In this document: in pieces, positions 38,871 to 49,940 of the stretch | Numbering within the stretch: the stretch's first letter is position 1 | How the letters are laid out: the number at the start of each line of letters is the position of its first letter | Source of the DNA: an uncultured Actinomycetes bacterium | Lineage (GTDB): Bacteria; Actinomycetota; Acidimicrobiia; IMCC26256; JACDBD01 | Length of the DNA stretch: 64,000 nt | Reading direction: 5' to 3' | NCBI GenBank assembly: GCA_963768605.1 | Contig: CAVYIP010000007.1 | Location: 44,726-108,725, forward strand | Position numbers and translations under genes: made by a program | Notes under the pieces: model-generated | Seen by the model: only the letters and a program-made list of their open reading frames with translations | Told to the model about the DNA's origin: nothing | The model's database searches: none

Positions 38871-40819
38871 ATGTCGATCGAAGCGCCCCGCCCGGCCGGC
38901 TCGGACGAGCCCCGGCTCACGCCCGCTCAGATCGAGCGGCAGGACTTCCGGAAGGTGCGCAAGGGCCTCGACGAGCGGGAGGTACGCGCGTTCTTGCGGC
39001 GGGTGGCCGACGAGTTCGACGCGGTGAACCGGCGGCTCGCCGATCTCGAGAGCCAGGTCCGGCATCCGCCCCTGCCGTCCCGCGATCAGCTCGTCGAGCA
39101 GGTGGGGCAGGAGGTGGCCCGCACGCTGCGTTCGGCCGAGGAGTCGGCCGAGAAGGTGGCGCAGCGGGCGCGTGAGGAGGCCTCGAACGTCGAACGAGCG
39201 GCGCGGGAGGAGTCGGCACGCATCCGGACCGAGCAGCTCGAACTGGCGAACAGAGATTCGCGCGCCGTCGTCGAGACCGCGCGCGAACGGGGCCGGGAGA
39301 TGGTCGCCGAGGCGCGGGCGCTCCGCGAGCGCGTGCTGTCAGACCTGAACCGCCGTCGTGACACGCTGCGGGCGTACATCGATCAGCTGCGAGAGGATCG
39401 CGATCGCTTCGCCGAGGCGTACCTCGTCGTGCGGGACACCGTGTCCGATGCGAACGAGAAGCTCTCGCAATTCGGCGCCGGTCGACCGTTCCCACCGGTC
39501 ACTGCCGACGCCGGGCCGCACATCTCGTATCCGTCCGACTCCGAGCCGGCACTGGACCATCCCGCTTCGCGCGGTCCCGCGCCCGAGCCGCCGCCGTGGG
39601 TGCAACGCGAAGCACCGTCGGAACCGGAGCGCGAGACGCCGCCGCCGCAACCTCCGGTGCCGAGGCCACGGCCCGCGACCGGTATCGGTCTGGGCGAGCT
39701 ACCCGGCCAACGCGACGCGGAGCCCTCGTCGCCGCCCGCGCCACGCCAGACCCGAGCCCGAGCCGGAGCCGGAGCCGGAACCCGCGGCGGAGAGTGCATC
39801 GACCGCCGCGAGCGAACCCGCACCGGCACCCGAACCCGAACCGGAACAGGAACCCGAACCGGAACGCGAACCGCGAACCGGAGCCCGTCGCCGAGCGCGA
39901 GCCGGGCCCGGTGTCGGCGGGCGCGCCGGAGGCCGAATCGCAGGCGGCGTCCGAGCCGGACGGGGGAGTCGACGCCTTGTTCGAGCGCATTCGCGGCATG
40001 CGCGCGGACACCGTCGAGGAGCCCCGCATCGACTTCGACGAAGCCCGGGCCGACGACCATGGCGGTGCCGGTCGTGCCACGGACGCGGCGGAAGGCCAGG
40101 TCCTCGTCGAATCGGCGCCGGCACCCCGCCCGGCGACGACCGACGGCGACCCCGAGCTGCTGGCGCGGCGCGACGAGCTCCTGACGCCGATCGCCAACGA
40201 GCTCGTCCGGCATTGCAAGCGCGTCCTGCAGAACGAGCAGAACGAGATCCTCGACGCGCTCCGTCGCCAGCGCGGCCGCCTGACCACCGACAAGCTCATG
40301 CCGCCTCTCTCCCAGCAGGTGAAGGCCTGGTCGGAGGTGCTGACGCCGGCGATCGTCGAGGCGTACGCGGCGGCGCGGACCGCCGCCGCGCCGGACGGTG
40401 AGCCCGTGAACGGAGCACCGCAGCGCATGGTCACCGGCATGGTGGAGGTGCTCGTCACGCCATTGCGCGATCGTCTTCTCGCGGCCGTCGACGACACGCT
40501 CGGCGACGACGCCAACCCCGACGTGATCGCCCATCGGATCGGTGCGCGCTACCGCGAGTGGAAGGGACAGGAGCTCGACAACCGCATCCGCGATCTCCTC
40601 GCCGCGGTGTACGCGCGCGGTGTGTACGACGCCGCGCCGGAAGGCGCACGCCTGCGTTGGGTCCCCGCCGAGCAGGGCCAGTGTCCGGACGCCGACGACA
40701 ACGCGCTCGAGCCCACACGGCGCGGGGGCCGCTTCCCAACCGGCCAACAGTTCCCGCCGGCGCACCCTGGTTGTCGGTGCTTGCTCGCGGTCGTGCACGA
40801 AGAGCACAGCCCCGAATAA
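38871..40819 (+). pseudogene. DivIVA domain protein with PE-rich repeat and C-terminal Cys-motif domain; 2 frame breaks flanking the repeat
   Basis: The DivIVA N-terminus is LTPAQIERQDFRKVRKGLDEREVRAFLRRV, followed by a coiled coil. PEPEPEPE repeats lie in the next frame, and the C-terminal domain in the third frame ends CPDADDNAL...PPAHPGCRCLL. Breaks are near 39735 and 39880. Confidence 0.7.
39751..39885 (+). repeat. Imperfect hexanucleotide (CCSGAR) tandem repeat encoding a (PE)n low-complexity linker
   Basis: cccgagcccgagccggagccggagccggaa ... cccgaacccgaaccggaacaggaacccgaaccggaacgcgaaccg. Confidence 0.7.
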
Positions 40820-40905
40820 CGGCTGACGACGCGACCCGGAATTTCGATACCCCGGCAGTAGGCTTCCCCGGCGGACAGCGGCTTCGCCGACAGGAGAAAT
40901 AGTCG

Positions 40906-43860
40906 ATGCGCGTGCCCACAACCCCACGTCGCCGGCGCGGCTTCCGCGTGCGCGGATGGATCATCGCGGGGGTCATCCTGCTGGTGATCCTGCTGTTCAG
41001 CCTGCGCGGCCTGGCGGGCTTCTACACCGACTTCCTCTGGTTCGACTCCATCGGGCAGGGCGGCACGTGGCGAGAGCTCCTCTCGGCCAAGGTCGTGCCG
41101 GCGCTCGTGTTCACGCTGGTGTTCTTCGTGATGATGCTGGCGAGCCTGCTGATCGCCGATCGCCTGGCCCCGAAATACCGATCCATGGGCCCCGAGGACG
41201 AGCTCGTCGAGCGCTACCAGCAGTTCGTGTCGCCGTACCAGGGGCGGATCCGCGTCGGCGTCTCGCTGTTCTTCGCGTTGATCGCGGGCGTGGGGGTCTC
41301 CTCGCAGTGGCAGGAATGGGTGCTGTTCACCCACCGGGTCGACTTCGGTGTCAAGGACCCGCAGTTCAACCGGGACATCGGCTTCTACGTCTTCCAGCTG
41401 CCGTTCCTGCGCTTCATCGCCAACTGGCTCTTCGCCGGCCTCGTGATCGTGCTGTTCGTGACGGCGGTCGCGCACTACCTCAACGGCGGCATCCGATTCC
41501 AGAGCCCGTTCCAACGAGTGACCCCCCAAGTCAAGGCGCACCTGTCGGTGATCCTCGCCGTGATGGCGCTCGTGAAGACGGCGCAGTACTACCTCGACCG
41601 CTTCAACCTCGACTTCTCGCAACGTGGCGTCGTCACCGGCGCCAGCTACACCGACGTGAAGGCGCAGTTGCCGGCGCTGAACCTGTTGATCTTCATCTCG
41701 ATCGTGGCCGCGGGATTGTTCATCTGGAACATCTGGCGGCGGGGCTGGGTGCTCCCGATCATCGCCGTCGGCCTCTGGGGATTCGTCTCGATCGTCATCG
41801 GCACGATCTACCCGGCCGGCGTCCAGAAGTTCCGGGTCGAGCCGAACGAGTTCCAGAACGAGCAGGCGTACATCGAGCGCAACATCGCGGCGACACGCGG
41901 GGCGTTCGGGCTCGCGAAGGTCAACAACCAGCCCTTCAACTATCAGCAGAACCTCGACGCGTCCGTCGTCAGTCAGAACGCGGCCGTCGATCGACAACGC
42001 CCGCCTGTGGGATCCGAAGGTCATCCAGTCGACGTACCAATCACTCCAGGGCCTCCAGACCTTCTACAAGATCGACGACGTCGACATCGACCGGTACGGG
42101 GTCGGCGACCAGACCCGCCAGGTCGTGCTCTCCGCGCGCGAGATCAGCCAGGGTGAGCTTCCGAGCCAGTCGTGGGTGAACCAGCACCTCGTGTACACGC
42201 ACGGCTACGGGATCATCGCGTCGCCGACGAACGTCGCCGCCCAGGACGGGAACCCCGACTTCCTCCTCAGCGGGATCCCCGTCCCCAAGGACGCGCCGAT
42301 CGCGCTCAACCAACCCGAGTTGTACTTCGGTGAGCGCCAACCCGGGTACGCGCTCGTGGACGCCAAGCAACGCGAGTTCAACTACTCACGTCCCGGTCGC
42401 GCCGACGCGACGACGCGCTACAAGGGCAAGGACGGGGTCAAACTCGACAACCCGATCCGTCGGGCTGCCTTCGCGTTGCGCTTCGGCGACATCAACCCGC
42501 TCATCTCGGGGCAGGTCGGCGGGGGCACGAAGGTCCTGTACGTCCGCGACATCAAGGACCGGGTGAAGAAGCTCGCCCCGTTCCTCGACTTCGACGCCGA
42601 TCCGTACCCGGTCGTCAGCGGCGGCCGCGTCACGTGGGTCCTCGACGCGTACACCACGACGAGCCGTTACCCGTACTCGCAGATGACGTCGGGGCCGAGC
42701 GACACCGGTCTCAACCACAAATTCAATTACGTGCGCAACTCGGTGAAGGCGACGGTCGACGCCTACGACGGCACGGTGAAGTTCTACGTCATCGACCCGA
42801 AGGACCCGCTCATCCGGTCGTACCGGTCGGCGTTCCCGGACCTGTTCACCGACTTCAACAAGATGCCGAAGGACCTCCAGGCGCACCTGCGCTACCCGGA
42901 GGACCTGTTCCGGGTGCAGTCGGACATGTACTCCCGCTACCACGTCACCGAGAGCCGGCGCTTCTACCAGGGGAGCGCGAAGTGGCTCCTGTCCCCCGAC
43001 CCGGGCTCGGGTCGGCTGACGGCGGCACAGCTGCAGGCGGTGCACCGCCCCGGACTCGACGCCGGCCAGGAGAGGCGCAGGCGCAACCTCGACCGGCGCG
43101 CGCATGCGGCCCTACTACCTCTACATCAACCAGCCGGGGGAGTCGGAGCCGAGCTTCATCATCCTCCAGCCGTTCGTCCCGGTGTCGGCCGGGAACAAGC
43201 AGACGCGCCTGGTGTCGTTCATGACGGCGAGCTCCGACCCGAAGAATTACGGCCAGCTGTCGGCGTTCGAGATGCCACAGGGGGAATCGGTCCTCGGCCC
43301 GGTGCAGATCGACAACCGGATCAAGAGCACGCCCGAGGTCTCGCGCAACCTCACGCTGCTCAACCAGCAGGGCTCGACCGTGATCCAGGGGAGCCTGCAG
43401 CTCATCCCCGTCGGCAACTCGATCCTCTACATCCGGCCCTTCTACGTGCAGGCAGCCGGAGAATCGAGCTATCCGCAGTTCCGTTTCGTCGTCGTCGCGT
43501 ACGCCGGTCAAGACCCCGTCCTGGCGTCCACCGTCAACGACGGCCTGGCCCAACTGTTCGGCCAGCCACCGGCGCAGCCGCTGCCCGGTGGTGGCGCGGC
43601 GCCGACCACCCCCACCCCGCCCACGGGCGGGCAACGTGCAGGATCTCCTGAACCAGGCCTCCGCCAAGTACCAGCAGGCCCAGGATGCGTTGCGCCAGGG
43701 CGATCTGGGTACCTACCAGCAACTGATCAACCAGGTCGGCGACCTCATCAACCAGGCCCAGCAAGCGGCCGGGGGCGGCGGCGGCGGGACCGGCGCCACG
43801 ACGACGACCACGACGCCCGCCCGCCAGACGTCGGCCACGGGCGCGGCCGCCGAGCCCTGA
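40906..43860 (+). pseudogene. UPF0182 family multi-pass membrane protein; 3 frame breaks
   Basis: FYTDFLWFDSIG, FYVFQLPFL, and seven N-terminal TM helices. The large extracytoplasmic part continues in ORFs 42125, 43104 and 43588 (HLVYTHGYGII..., YYLYINQPGE...LIPVGNSILYIRPFYVQA). Breaks are near 41985, 43090 and 43630. Confidence 0.85.
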
Positions 43861-43923
43861 CCCGGCGGCGGGGGCGGGGAATCGAGCCGGAATCGAGCGG
43901 GGGAATTGGTCGGAGACCCCCGG

Positions 43924-43953
43924 GATTGTTACTATCTACGTAGTGGAAATTCC
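43924..43953. promoter_or_regulatory. AT-rich motif upstream of sufB (GATTGTTACTATCTACGTAGTGGAAATTCC), paralogous to 57706-57739
   Basis: It shares GATTGT, CGTAGTG and RAAAT(T)CC blocks with the site upstream of the second suf locus. It contains the CTACGTAG palindrome and lies ~70 bp upstream of the sufB ATG. Confidence 0.4.
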
Positions 43954-44020
43954 CGGAACCCCTGCCCCCGGGGACGTTCCGGACCCTGAGACCGCCACCC
44001 GGTAGCGGAGGCGAGGGCGC

Positions 44021-45430
44021 ATGGCTGTCAGTGGAATCGATCTCGGCAAGTACAAGCTCGGCTGGGCCGACAGCACGGACGACTACGCCTACATCCCGAA
44101 GAAGGGCCTGAACGAGGAGATCGTCCGCGAGATCTCCGGCCAGAAGTCCGAGCCCGACTGGATGCGGGACTTCCGGCTGAAGTCGCTGAAGCGGTTCGAG
44201 CGCAAGCCGATGCTCGAGTGGTTCGCCAAGAACATGCCGACCATCGACTTCGACGACATCTACTACTACCTGAAGCCGACCGACAAGGGAGAGGTCGCCG
44301 ACAACTGGGACATGCTCCCCGAGTCGATGAAGGCGACCTACGAGAAGCTCGGCATCCCCGAAGCGGAGCGGAAGTATCTCGCCGGTGTGACGGCGCAGTT
44401 CGAGAGCGAGACCGTCTACCACAAGAACCGTGACGAGCTCGCCAAGCAGGGTGTCCTGTTCACCGACATGGACACCGCGGTGCGCGAGTACCCGGAGATC
44501 GTGCGCGAGCACTTCGCAACGGTCATCCCGCCGGGCGACAACAAGTTCGCCGCGCTCAACTCGACGGTGTGGTCGGGTGGCTCGTTCATCTACGTGCCGC
44601 CGGGCGTGCACGTCGAGATGCCGCTGCAGGCGTACTTCCGCATCAACGCGGAGAACGCGGGCCAGTTCGAGCGGACGCTGATCATCGCCGACGAGGGCGC
44701 TTCGGTGCACTACGTCGAGGGATGCTCGGCTCCGATCTACACCGGAGACTCGCTGCACTCGGCCGTGGTGGAGCTCGTCGCCAAGCCCGGCGCGCGCATC
44801 CGGTACACCACGATCCAGAACTGGTCGCCGAACGTCTACAACCTGGTCACGAAGCGGGCCAAGGCCGAGCGCGAGGCGACCGTCGAGTGGATCGACGGCA
44901 ACATCGGGTCGAAGCTCACGATGAAGTACCCGTCGGTCGTGATGACGGGTCCGAAGGCGCACGGTGAGGTGCTGTCGGTCGCGTACGCGGGCGAGGGCAT
45001 GCACCAGGACGCGGGGGCCAAGATGACCCACGTCGCGCCCGACACGACCTCGATCATCGAGTCGAAGTCGATCTCGAAGGACGGCGGGCGCACGACCTAC
45101 CGCGGCCTGGTGAAGGTCGAGGAGGGCGCCCACAACGTGAAGAGCCACGTCCGCTGCGACGCGCTGATCCTCGACGAGGACAGCCGCTCCGACACGTACC
45201 CGTACATGGAGATCGAGGAGAAGGACGCCCGCATCGGGCACGAGGCCACGGTCTCGAAGGTCGGTGAGGACCAGATCTTCTATCTGATGAGCCGCGGGCT
45301 GAGCGAGCAGCAGGCGACGGCGATGATCGTGAACGGCTTCATCGAGCCCATCGTCAAGACGCTGCCGATGGAGTACGCAGTCGAGCTGAGCCGGCTCATC
45401 GAGCTCAACATGGAAGGAGCCGTTGGTTAA
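44021..45430 (+). CDS. sufB: Fe-S cluster assembly protein SufB
   Basis: Intact 469 aa, with characteristic ..KPMLEWF..., FERTLIIADEGASVHYVEGCSAP and IGHEATVSKVGEDQIFYLMSRGL. Confidence 0.95.
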   Translation: MAVSGIDLGKYKLGWADSTDDYAYIPKKGLNEEIVREISGQKSEPDWMRDFRLKSLKRFERKPMLEWFAKNMPTIDFDDIYYYLKPTDKGEVADNWDMLPESMKATYEKLGIPEAERKYLAGVTAQFESETVYHKNRDELAKQGVLFTDMDTAVREYPEIVREHFATVIPPGDNKFAALNSTVWSGGSFIYVPPGVHVEMPLQAYFRINAENAGQFERTLIIADEGASVHYVEGCSAPIYTGDSLHSAVVELVAKPGARIRYTTIQNWSPNVYNLVTKRAKAEREATVEWIDGNIGSKLTMKYPSVVMTGPKAHGEVLSVAYAGEGMHQDAGAKMTHVAPDTTSIIESKSISKDGGRTTYRGLVKVEEGAHNVKSHVRCDALILDEDSRSDTYPYMEIEEKDARIGHEATVSKVGEDQIFYLMSRGLSEQQATAMIVNGFIEPIVKTLPMEYAVELSRLIELNMEGAVG

Positions 45431-45437
45431 CGGCTCC

Positions 45438-46737
45438 ATGACCGCGTTCACGCCCGAAGCCTCACGCGCGCTCGGCGGGCCCGACTGGCTCGTCGAGCGT
45501 CGTCTTGCGGCGGCCGAGCAGCTCGACGGGATCACCTGGCCCACCGACGCCGAGGAGATCTGGCGCTACAGCCGCATCGACGAGCTCGACCTCGACCGCT
45601 TCCGACCGCCGTCGCGCGACGAGCTGGGCGAGCCCGGCCCGGAGTCGGCGCCCGGCGGCGGCCCGGTCGCAGCCGAAGCGGGCGAGCGCGCCGGCCTCGT
45701 GGTGGTACGCAACGGTCGGGTCGTGCACCACGAGCTCGACGACGCGCTCGCGGGGAAGGGCGTGGTCGTCTGCGGGCTCGCGACGTGCGAGGAAGCCGAC
45801 GTCGCCGAGGTGCTGGGGTCGTGCTCGCAGGCGTCGCCCGACGCGTTCACGGTCTTGCACGACGCGTTCCTCGCCGGCGGGGCGTTCATCAAGGTTCCTG
45901 CCGGCGTCGTCGTCGACAAGCCGATCATCGTCCTCCACTGGTCGGAGGGCGAGGGCCTCGTGACCTTCCCGCACACGCTGGTCGTCGCGGACGAGAGCTC
46001 GGAGATCACGGTCGTCGACCGCTTCGGCACACCCGATGTCGGTGGTTCCGGCCATCTCGTCGATGCCGTCGTCGAGCTCGCTCGTCGGCGACAACGCCCG
46101 GCTCCGGTACCTGTCCGTGCAGGAACACGGCCCCACGACGTGGCAGGTGGCGCTGCAGCGCGCGCACGTCGGGCGTGACGCCTCGCTGCACTCGTCGGCA
46201 GTCGCGTTGGGGGGCGACTACGCGCGCCTGCGGAGCGAGTCGCTGCTCGGCGGCGACAACGCCGAGAGCGATCTGATGGCCGTCTACTTCGGCGACCACA
46301 CCCAGATGCTCGACTTCCGCACGCTCCAGGACCACGACGCCCCCAACACCCGCAGCGATCTGCTGTTCAAGGGCGCGGTCGAGGATCAGGCGCACTCGGT
46401 GTACTCGGGGCTCATCCGGCTCCGCCCGGACGCGCGCAAGGCGGTCGCGAACCAGACGAACCGCAACCTCGTGCTGACCGAAGGCGCGGGGGCCGACTCG
46501 ATTCCCAACCTCGAGATCGAAGCCAACGACGTGAAGTGCTCGCACGCGAGCGCGGTCGGGCCCATCGACGAGGAGCAGCTCTATTACCTCGAGAGCCGCG
46601 GCGTTCGACCGGAGGACGCCGAACGGCTGATCGTCCTGGGATTCTTCGACGACGTGCTGGACCGACTGCCCGTCCCGACGCTGGTCCGGGCGCTCCGGCG
46701 CAGCGTGGTCGAGAAGGTCGAGCACCGCCGTGGGTGA
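45438..46737 (+). pseudogene. sufD: Fe-S cluster assembly protein SufD; one frame break
   Basis: The N-terminal half is in ORF 45423. The C-terminal half (NTRSDLLFKGAV.D.A.SVYSGLIR..P.A.K..A.QTNRNL.L...A.ADSIPNLEI.ANDVKCSHAS.VGP) is in ORF 46036-46737. The break is near 46080. Confidence 0.9.
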
Positions 46738-47044
46738 CCTGCGCGTGTGCTCGGTCAAGGACGTCGAGGCGGGATCCGCCAGGCGCTTCGACGTCGACGG
46801 TCAGCGCCTGTGCGTCGTGCGCATCGGCGACGACTTCTACGTCATCGACGACACGTGCTCGCACGCCGACTACTCGTTGTCGGAGGGCGACGTCTGGGAG
46901 GACGACCTCGAGATCGAGTGCCCGAAGCACGGGTCCACGTTCTCGCTCGAAACGGGCGAGCCGGCGACCCTGCCCGCCACGCAGCCGGTGCGGGTGTACG
47001 ACGTCAAGATCGACGGCGACGACGTGGTGGTGACGAACGCGTGA
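46730..47044 (+). CDS. Rieske [2Fe-2S] ferredoxin-like protein of the suf operon
   Basis: CSH...17 aa...CPKHG Rieske motif. 104 aa, overlapping both neighbours. Confidence 0.85.
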   Translation: MGDLRVCSVKDVEAGSARRFDVDGQRLCVVRIGDDFYVIDDTCSHADYSLSEGDVWEDDLEIECPKHGSTFSLETGEPATLPATQPVRVYDVKIDGDDVVVTNA

Positions 47045-47868
47045 GCACGCTGCGGATCGCGGGGTTGCGGGTCGCGGTCGACGGACAGGAGATCCTGCGC
47101 GGCGTCGACCTGGAGGTCTCCTCGGGCGAGGTCCACGCACTGATGGGCCCGAACGGCTCGGGAAAGTCGACGCTCGCCCACGCCCTCATGGGTCGGCCGG
47201 AGTACGAGGTGCTCGGCGGCTCGGTCACCCTCGACGGCGAGGAGCTGTTGGGCCTGCCGACGTGGGAGCGCGCCGCCAAGGGGCTCTTCCTCGCGATGCA
47301 GTACCCGGTCGAGGTGGCGGGCGTGCGCCTGGTCGACTTCCTCGGCGCGGCGATCCGCGGCCGGGGCGGAGAGCCGAACGGCCTCGCCGAGCGACTCGCC
47401 CGGGAGGCGGAGCGGCTGTCGGTCGGCGACCAGTTCCTGACCCGAGGCGTCAACGTCGAGTTCTCCGGCGGCGAGCAGAAGCGCGCCGAGACGCTCCAGC
47501 TCGCCGTGCTCGAGCCCAAGATCGCGGTGCTCGACGAGATCGACTCCGGCCTCGACGTCGACGCGCTCCGCGACGTCGCCCGGCGGGTCGAGGCGATGAC
47601 CGAGGAGAGCGGCCTCGGTGTGCTCGCCATCACCCACTACGCGCGGGTGCTCAACGAGCTGCGCGCCGACCGGGTGCACGTGCTCATGGCGGGACGCGTC
47701 GTGACCAGCGGCGGTCCCGAGCTCGCCGACGAGCTCGAACGGGTCGGCTACGAGGGCCTCGCCGAGGAGCTCGGCGTGGAGACGCTCGCCGTCGAGGCGC
47801 CCGCCGAGCCCGACCCGTTCACCGACACGACGATCGAGTCGAACCCCTTCGCGGATCCGCTCGCCTAG
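47041..47868 (+). CDS. sufC: Fe-S cluster assembly ATPase SufC (copy 1, actinobacterial type)
   Basis: GTG at 47041. Walker A GPNGSGKST, GLFLAMQYPVEV, FSGGEQKR, Walker B VLDEIDSGLD and ITHY. Confidence 0.88.
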   Translation: MSTLRIAGLRVAVDGQEILRGVDLEVSSGEVHALMGPNGSGKSTLAHALMGRPEYEVLGGSVTLDGEELLGLPTWERAAKGLFLAMQYPVEVAGVRLVDFLGAAIRGRGGEPNGLAERLAREAERLSVGDQFLTRGVNVEFSGGEQKRAETLQLAVLEPKIAVLDEIDSGLDVDALRDVARRVEAMTEESGLGVLAITHYARVLNELRADRVHVLMAGRVVTSGGPELADELERVGYEGLAEELGVETLAVEAPAEPDPFTDTTIESNPFADPLA

Positions 47869-48522
47869 CGCGTCGATTGCCTGCGTGCGTCGGTCGTCGA
47901 CGGCGCTGTCTTCGACGCCCATCGCGTCGTAGAGGAACGCGAGCGTCGAATCGAGCATCTGATCCGTCACCGCGGACGGGTTCACGAGCCGATCGAGCCC
48001 CAGGCCGTTGAAGAGAGCCAACGAGATCTCGGCGAGGTCACTCGTCGGGTAGCTCGGGCTGACGCCGACCATCGCGTATTCGTGCTCGATGAGCTCCTGC
48101 ACCCGCGCGTGCGACAGCCGGGCGCTGTCCGCCAGCTTCCGTTGGGCCTCGGGATTTCGCCGGGCGTAGAGGACGAACTCGAGCCAGAGGGTGAGGAAGT
48201 CGTCGCTCCAGAACATGTCGCTCCGGAAGATCTCGCGGATGCGGGGGAACTGCTCGGCGGCGTCGTGGGAGCCGGTCTCCAGGACCTCGCTCACGACGGC
48301 GAACTGCCGCTCGATGCGGTCGTCGAGCAGCGCGACGAACAGGTCGTCCTTGCTCTTGAAGTTCGAGTACACGGCGCCCTTGCTGAACCCGGCCGTGGCG
48401 GCGACCTCGTCGAGCGTCGAGCCGTGGAACCCGTTGCGGGCGAAGACGATCGCGGCGGCGTCGAGGAGGTGCTGGCGGGTCATGGCCCGCCGGCGCTCCG
48501 GGGTGAGGGGCTCGAACGTCAC
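47865..48522 (-). CDS. TetR/AcrR family transcriptional regulator
   Basis: The HTH is LLDAAAIVFARNGFHGSTLDEVAATAGFSKGAVYSNFKSKDDLF. The listed ORF continues antisense through sufC. The end is placed at the minus-strand TAG that shares CTAG with the sufC stop, which needs one +1 step. The start is GTG 48522, with 48558 or 48483 as alternatives. Confidence 0.75.
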
Positions 48523-48534
48523 CGGGGCTCCTTC

Positions 48535-48563
48535 TTGACGCACCGGCCCTGCGCCCACATACT
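48535..48563 (+). promoter_or_regulatory. Candidate sigma-70-type promoter for a leaderless P450 mRNA
   Basis: TTGACG-N17-CATACT ends 7 nt before the ATG at 48571, and no RBS is visible. Confidence 0.25.
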
Positions 48564-48570
48564 CATCGGT

Positions 48571-49863
48571 ATGCAGACGACGGATCGGAATCTGATGGAC
48601 CAGAGGGTAGCCGACGGACCCGTCCAGTTCGACCCGTTCGAGCTGCCCGACACGATCCAGCTCGGCGGCATCGACGATCCGTATCCGTATCTCGCGGCGG
48701 CGCGCCGGCAGGGCTCGGTGGCTGGCGGAGTGGCCGTTCCCGGGCGACGTGGTGGCGCTCGACGAGGACGCCGAGAGCGTCGTCGGCAGTCGACCCGTCG
48801 TTCAACGTGGTGGGGCACGACGACGTGATGACGGTGTTGCGTGATCACGAGACGTACTCGTCGACGGTGCTCTCCGAGATCATGGGCCCGATGCTCGACC
48901 ACACGATGATCGCGATGGACGAGCCCGAGCACCGGGCCCACCGCGCGCTCGTCGCGCCGGCGTTCCGTCCGAAGCTCCTCGCGCGGTGGCAGGAGGACCT
49001 CGTGCGACGTGTGGTCGACGAGTTGATCGACTCCTTCGCGCCGCTCGGTCGTGCCGATCTCGTCCGCCGCCTGACGTTCGCGTTTCCCGTGCGTGTGATC
49101 GCCCGCATCCTCGGGCTTCCGGAACGTGACGCCGAGCAGTTCCAACGCTGGTCGCTCGAGCTCATCAGCATGGTCGTCGAACTGGGACCGAGGCGTCGCG
49201 GCGGCGCACGCGCTGCGCGACTATTTCGCCGAACAGGTCGCCGAACGCCGAGCGCGGCCACGAGACGATCTCATCAGCGAGCTCGTGCAGACGGAGGTCG
49301 ACGGGCAGGGCCTGACCGACGAGGACATCTTCGCCTTCCTCCGACTGCTGCTCCCGGCCGGCATCGAGACCACCTACCGCTCGCTCGGCAACCTCCTGTT
49401 CGCCTTGCTCACCCACCCCGATCAGCTCGACGAGGTCACCCGGCAACCCGAGCTGCGCGGCGCCGCCATCGAGGAGGCGCTGCGCTGGGAGACACCGGTC
49501 GTCATGGTCCCGCGCCAAAGCGTCCGGGACGCACGATTGGGCGGCGTCGACATCCCCGCCGGCCGAGTCCTCAACCTCTTCATCGGCTCGGCCAATCGCG
49601 ACGAGAGCCAGTACGAGGAGCCCGACCGGTTCGACATCCACCGCACGCCCGCACCGCATCTGTCGTTCGGGTCCGGACCGCACATGTGCCTCGGCATGCA
49701 TCTCGCGCGCATGGAGACTCGCGTCGCACTCGATGCCACGCTCGAGCGACTCCACGATCTCCGAATCGACCCTGATGCCCCACGGCCCCAGGTCGTCGGC
49801 ACCGCCTTCCGGTCGCCCGACGCGCTCCCGGTCCGCTTTCTGGCGGACGGCGGCGAGTCCTAG
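48571..49863 (+). pseudogene. Cytochrome P450; about 3 frame breaks
   Basis: Segments lie in ORFs 48082 (tail), 48807 and 49126: MDEPEHRAHR, ..AGIETT (I-helix), EEALRWETP (ExxR), and heme loop FGSGPHMCLGMHLAR. Breaks are near 48725, 48790 and 49185. Confidence 0.9.
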
Positions 49864-49872
49864 GACTGCAAC

Positions 49873-49891
49873 GTCAGCCGGTGAAGAGCGG
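49873..49891. repeat. Direct repeat copy A (GTCAGCCGGTGAAGAGCGG)
   Basis: Identical to 50340-50359 apart from one extra C in copy B. The two copies bracket the SnoaL gene. Confidence 0.85.
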
Positions 49892-49940
49892 TTAGCAGTG
49901 CGGCCGGGCTGACACGAGGAAGCCGGGCATCTCCCGTGCC

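Noticed and set aside
39751-39885. The repetitive CCGGAG/CCGAAC tract was considered as a possible CRISPR array or other structured repeat locus.
   Set aside because: The period is 6 nt with no spacers. It lies inside a coding region and translates to a (PE)n linker. No cas genes are present anywhere in the window.
40600-40819. The Mu-F-like HPGCRC tail as evidence for a prophage or phage-derived island.
   Set aside because: No capsid, portal, terminase, integrase or other phage genes are nearby. The flanking genes (PDZ-Lon protease, UPF0182) are conserved chromosomal genes.
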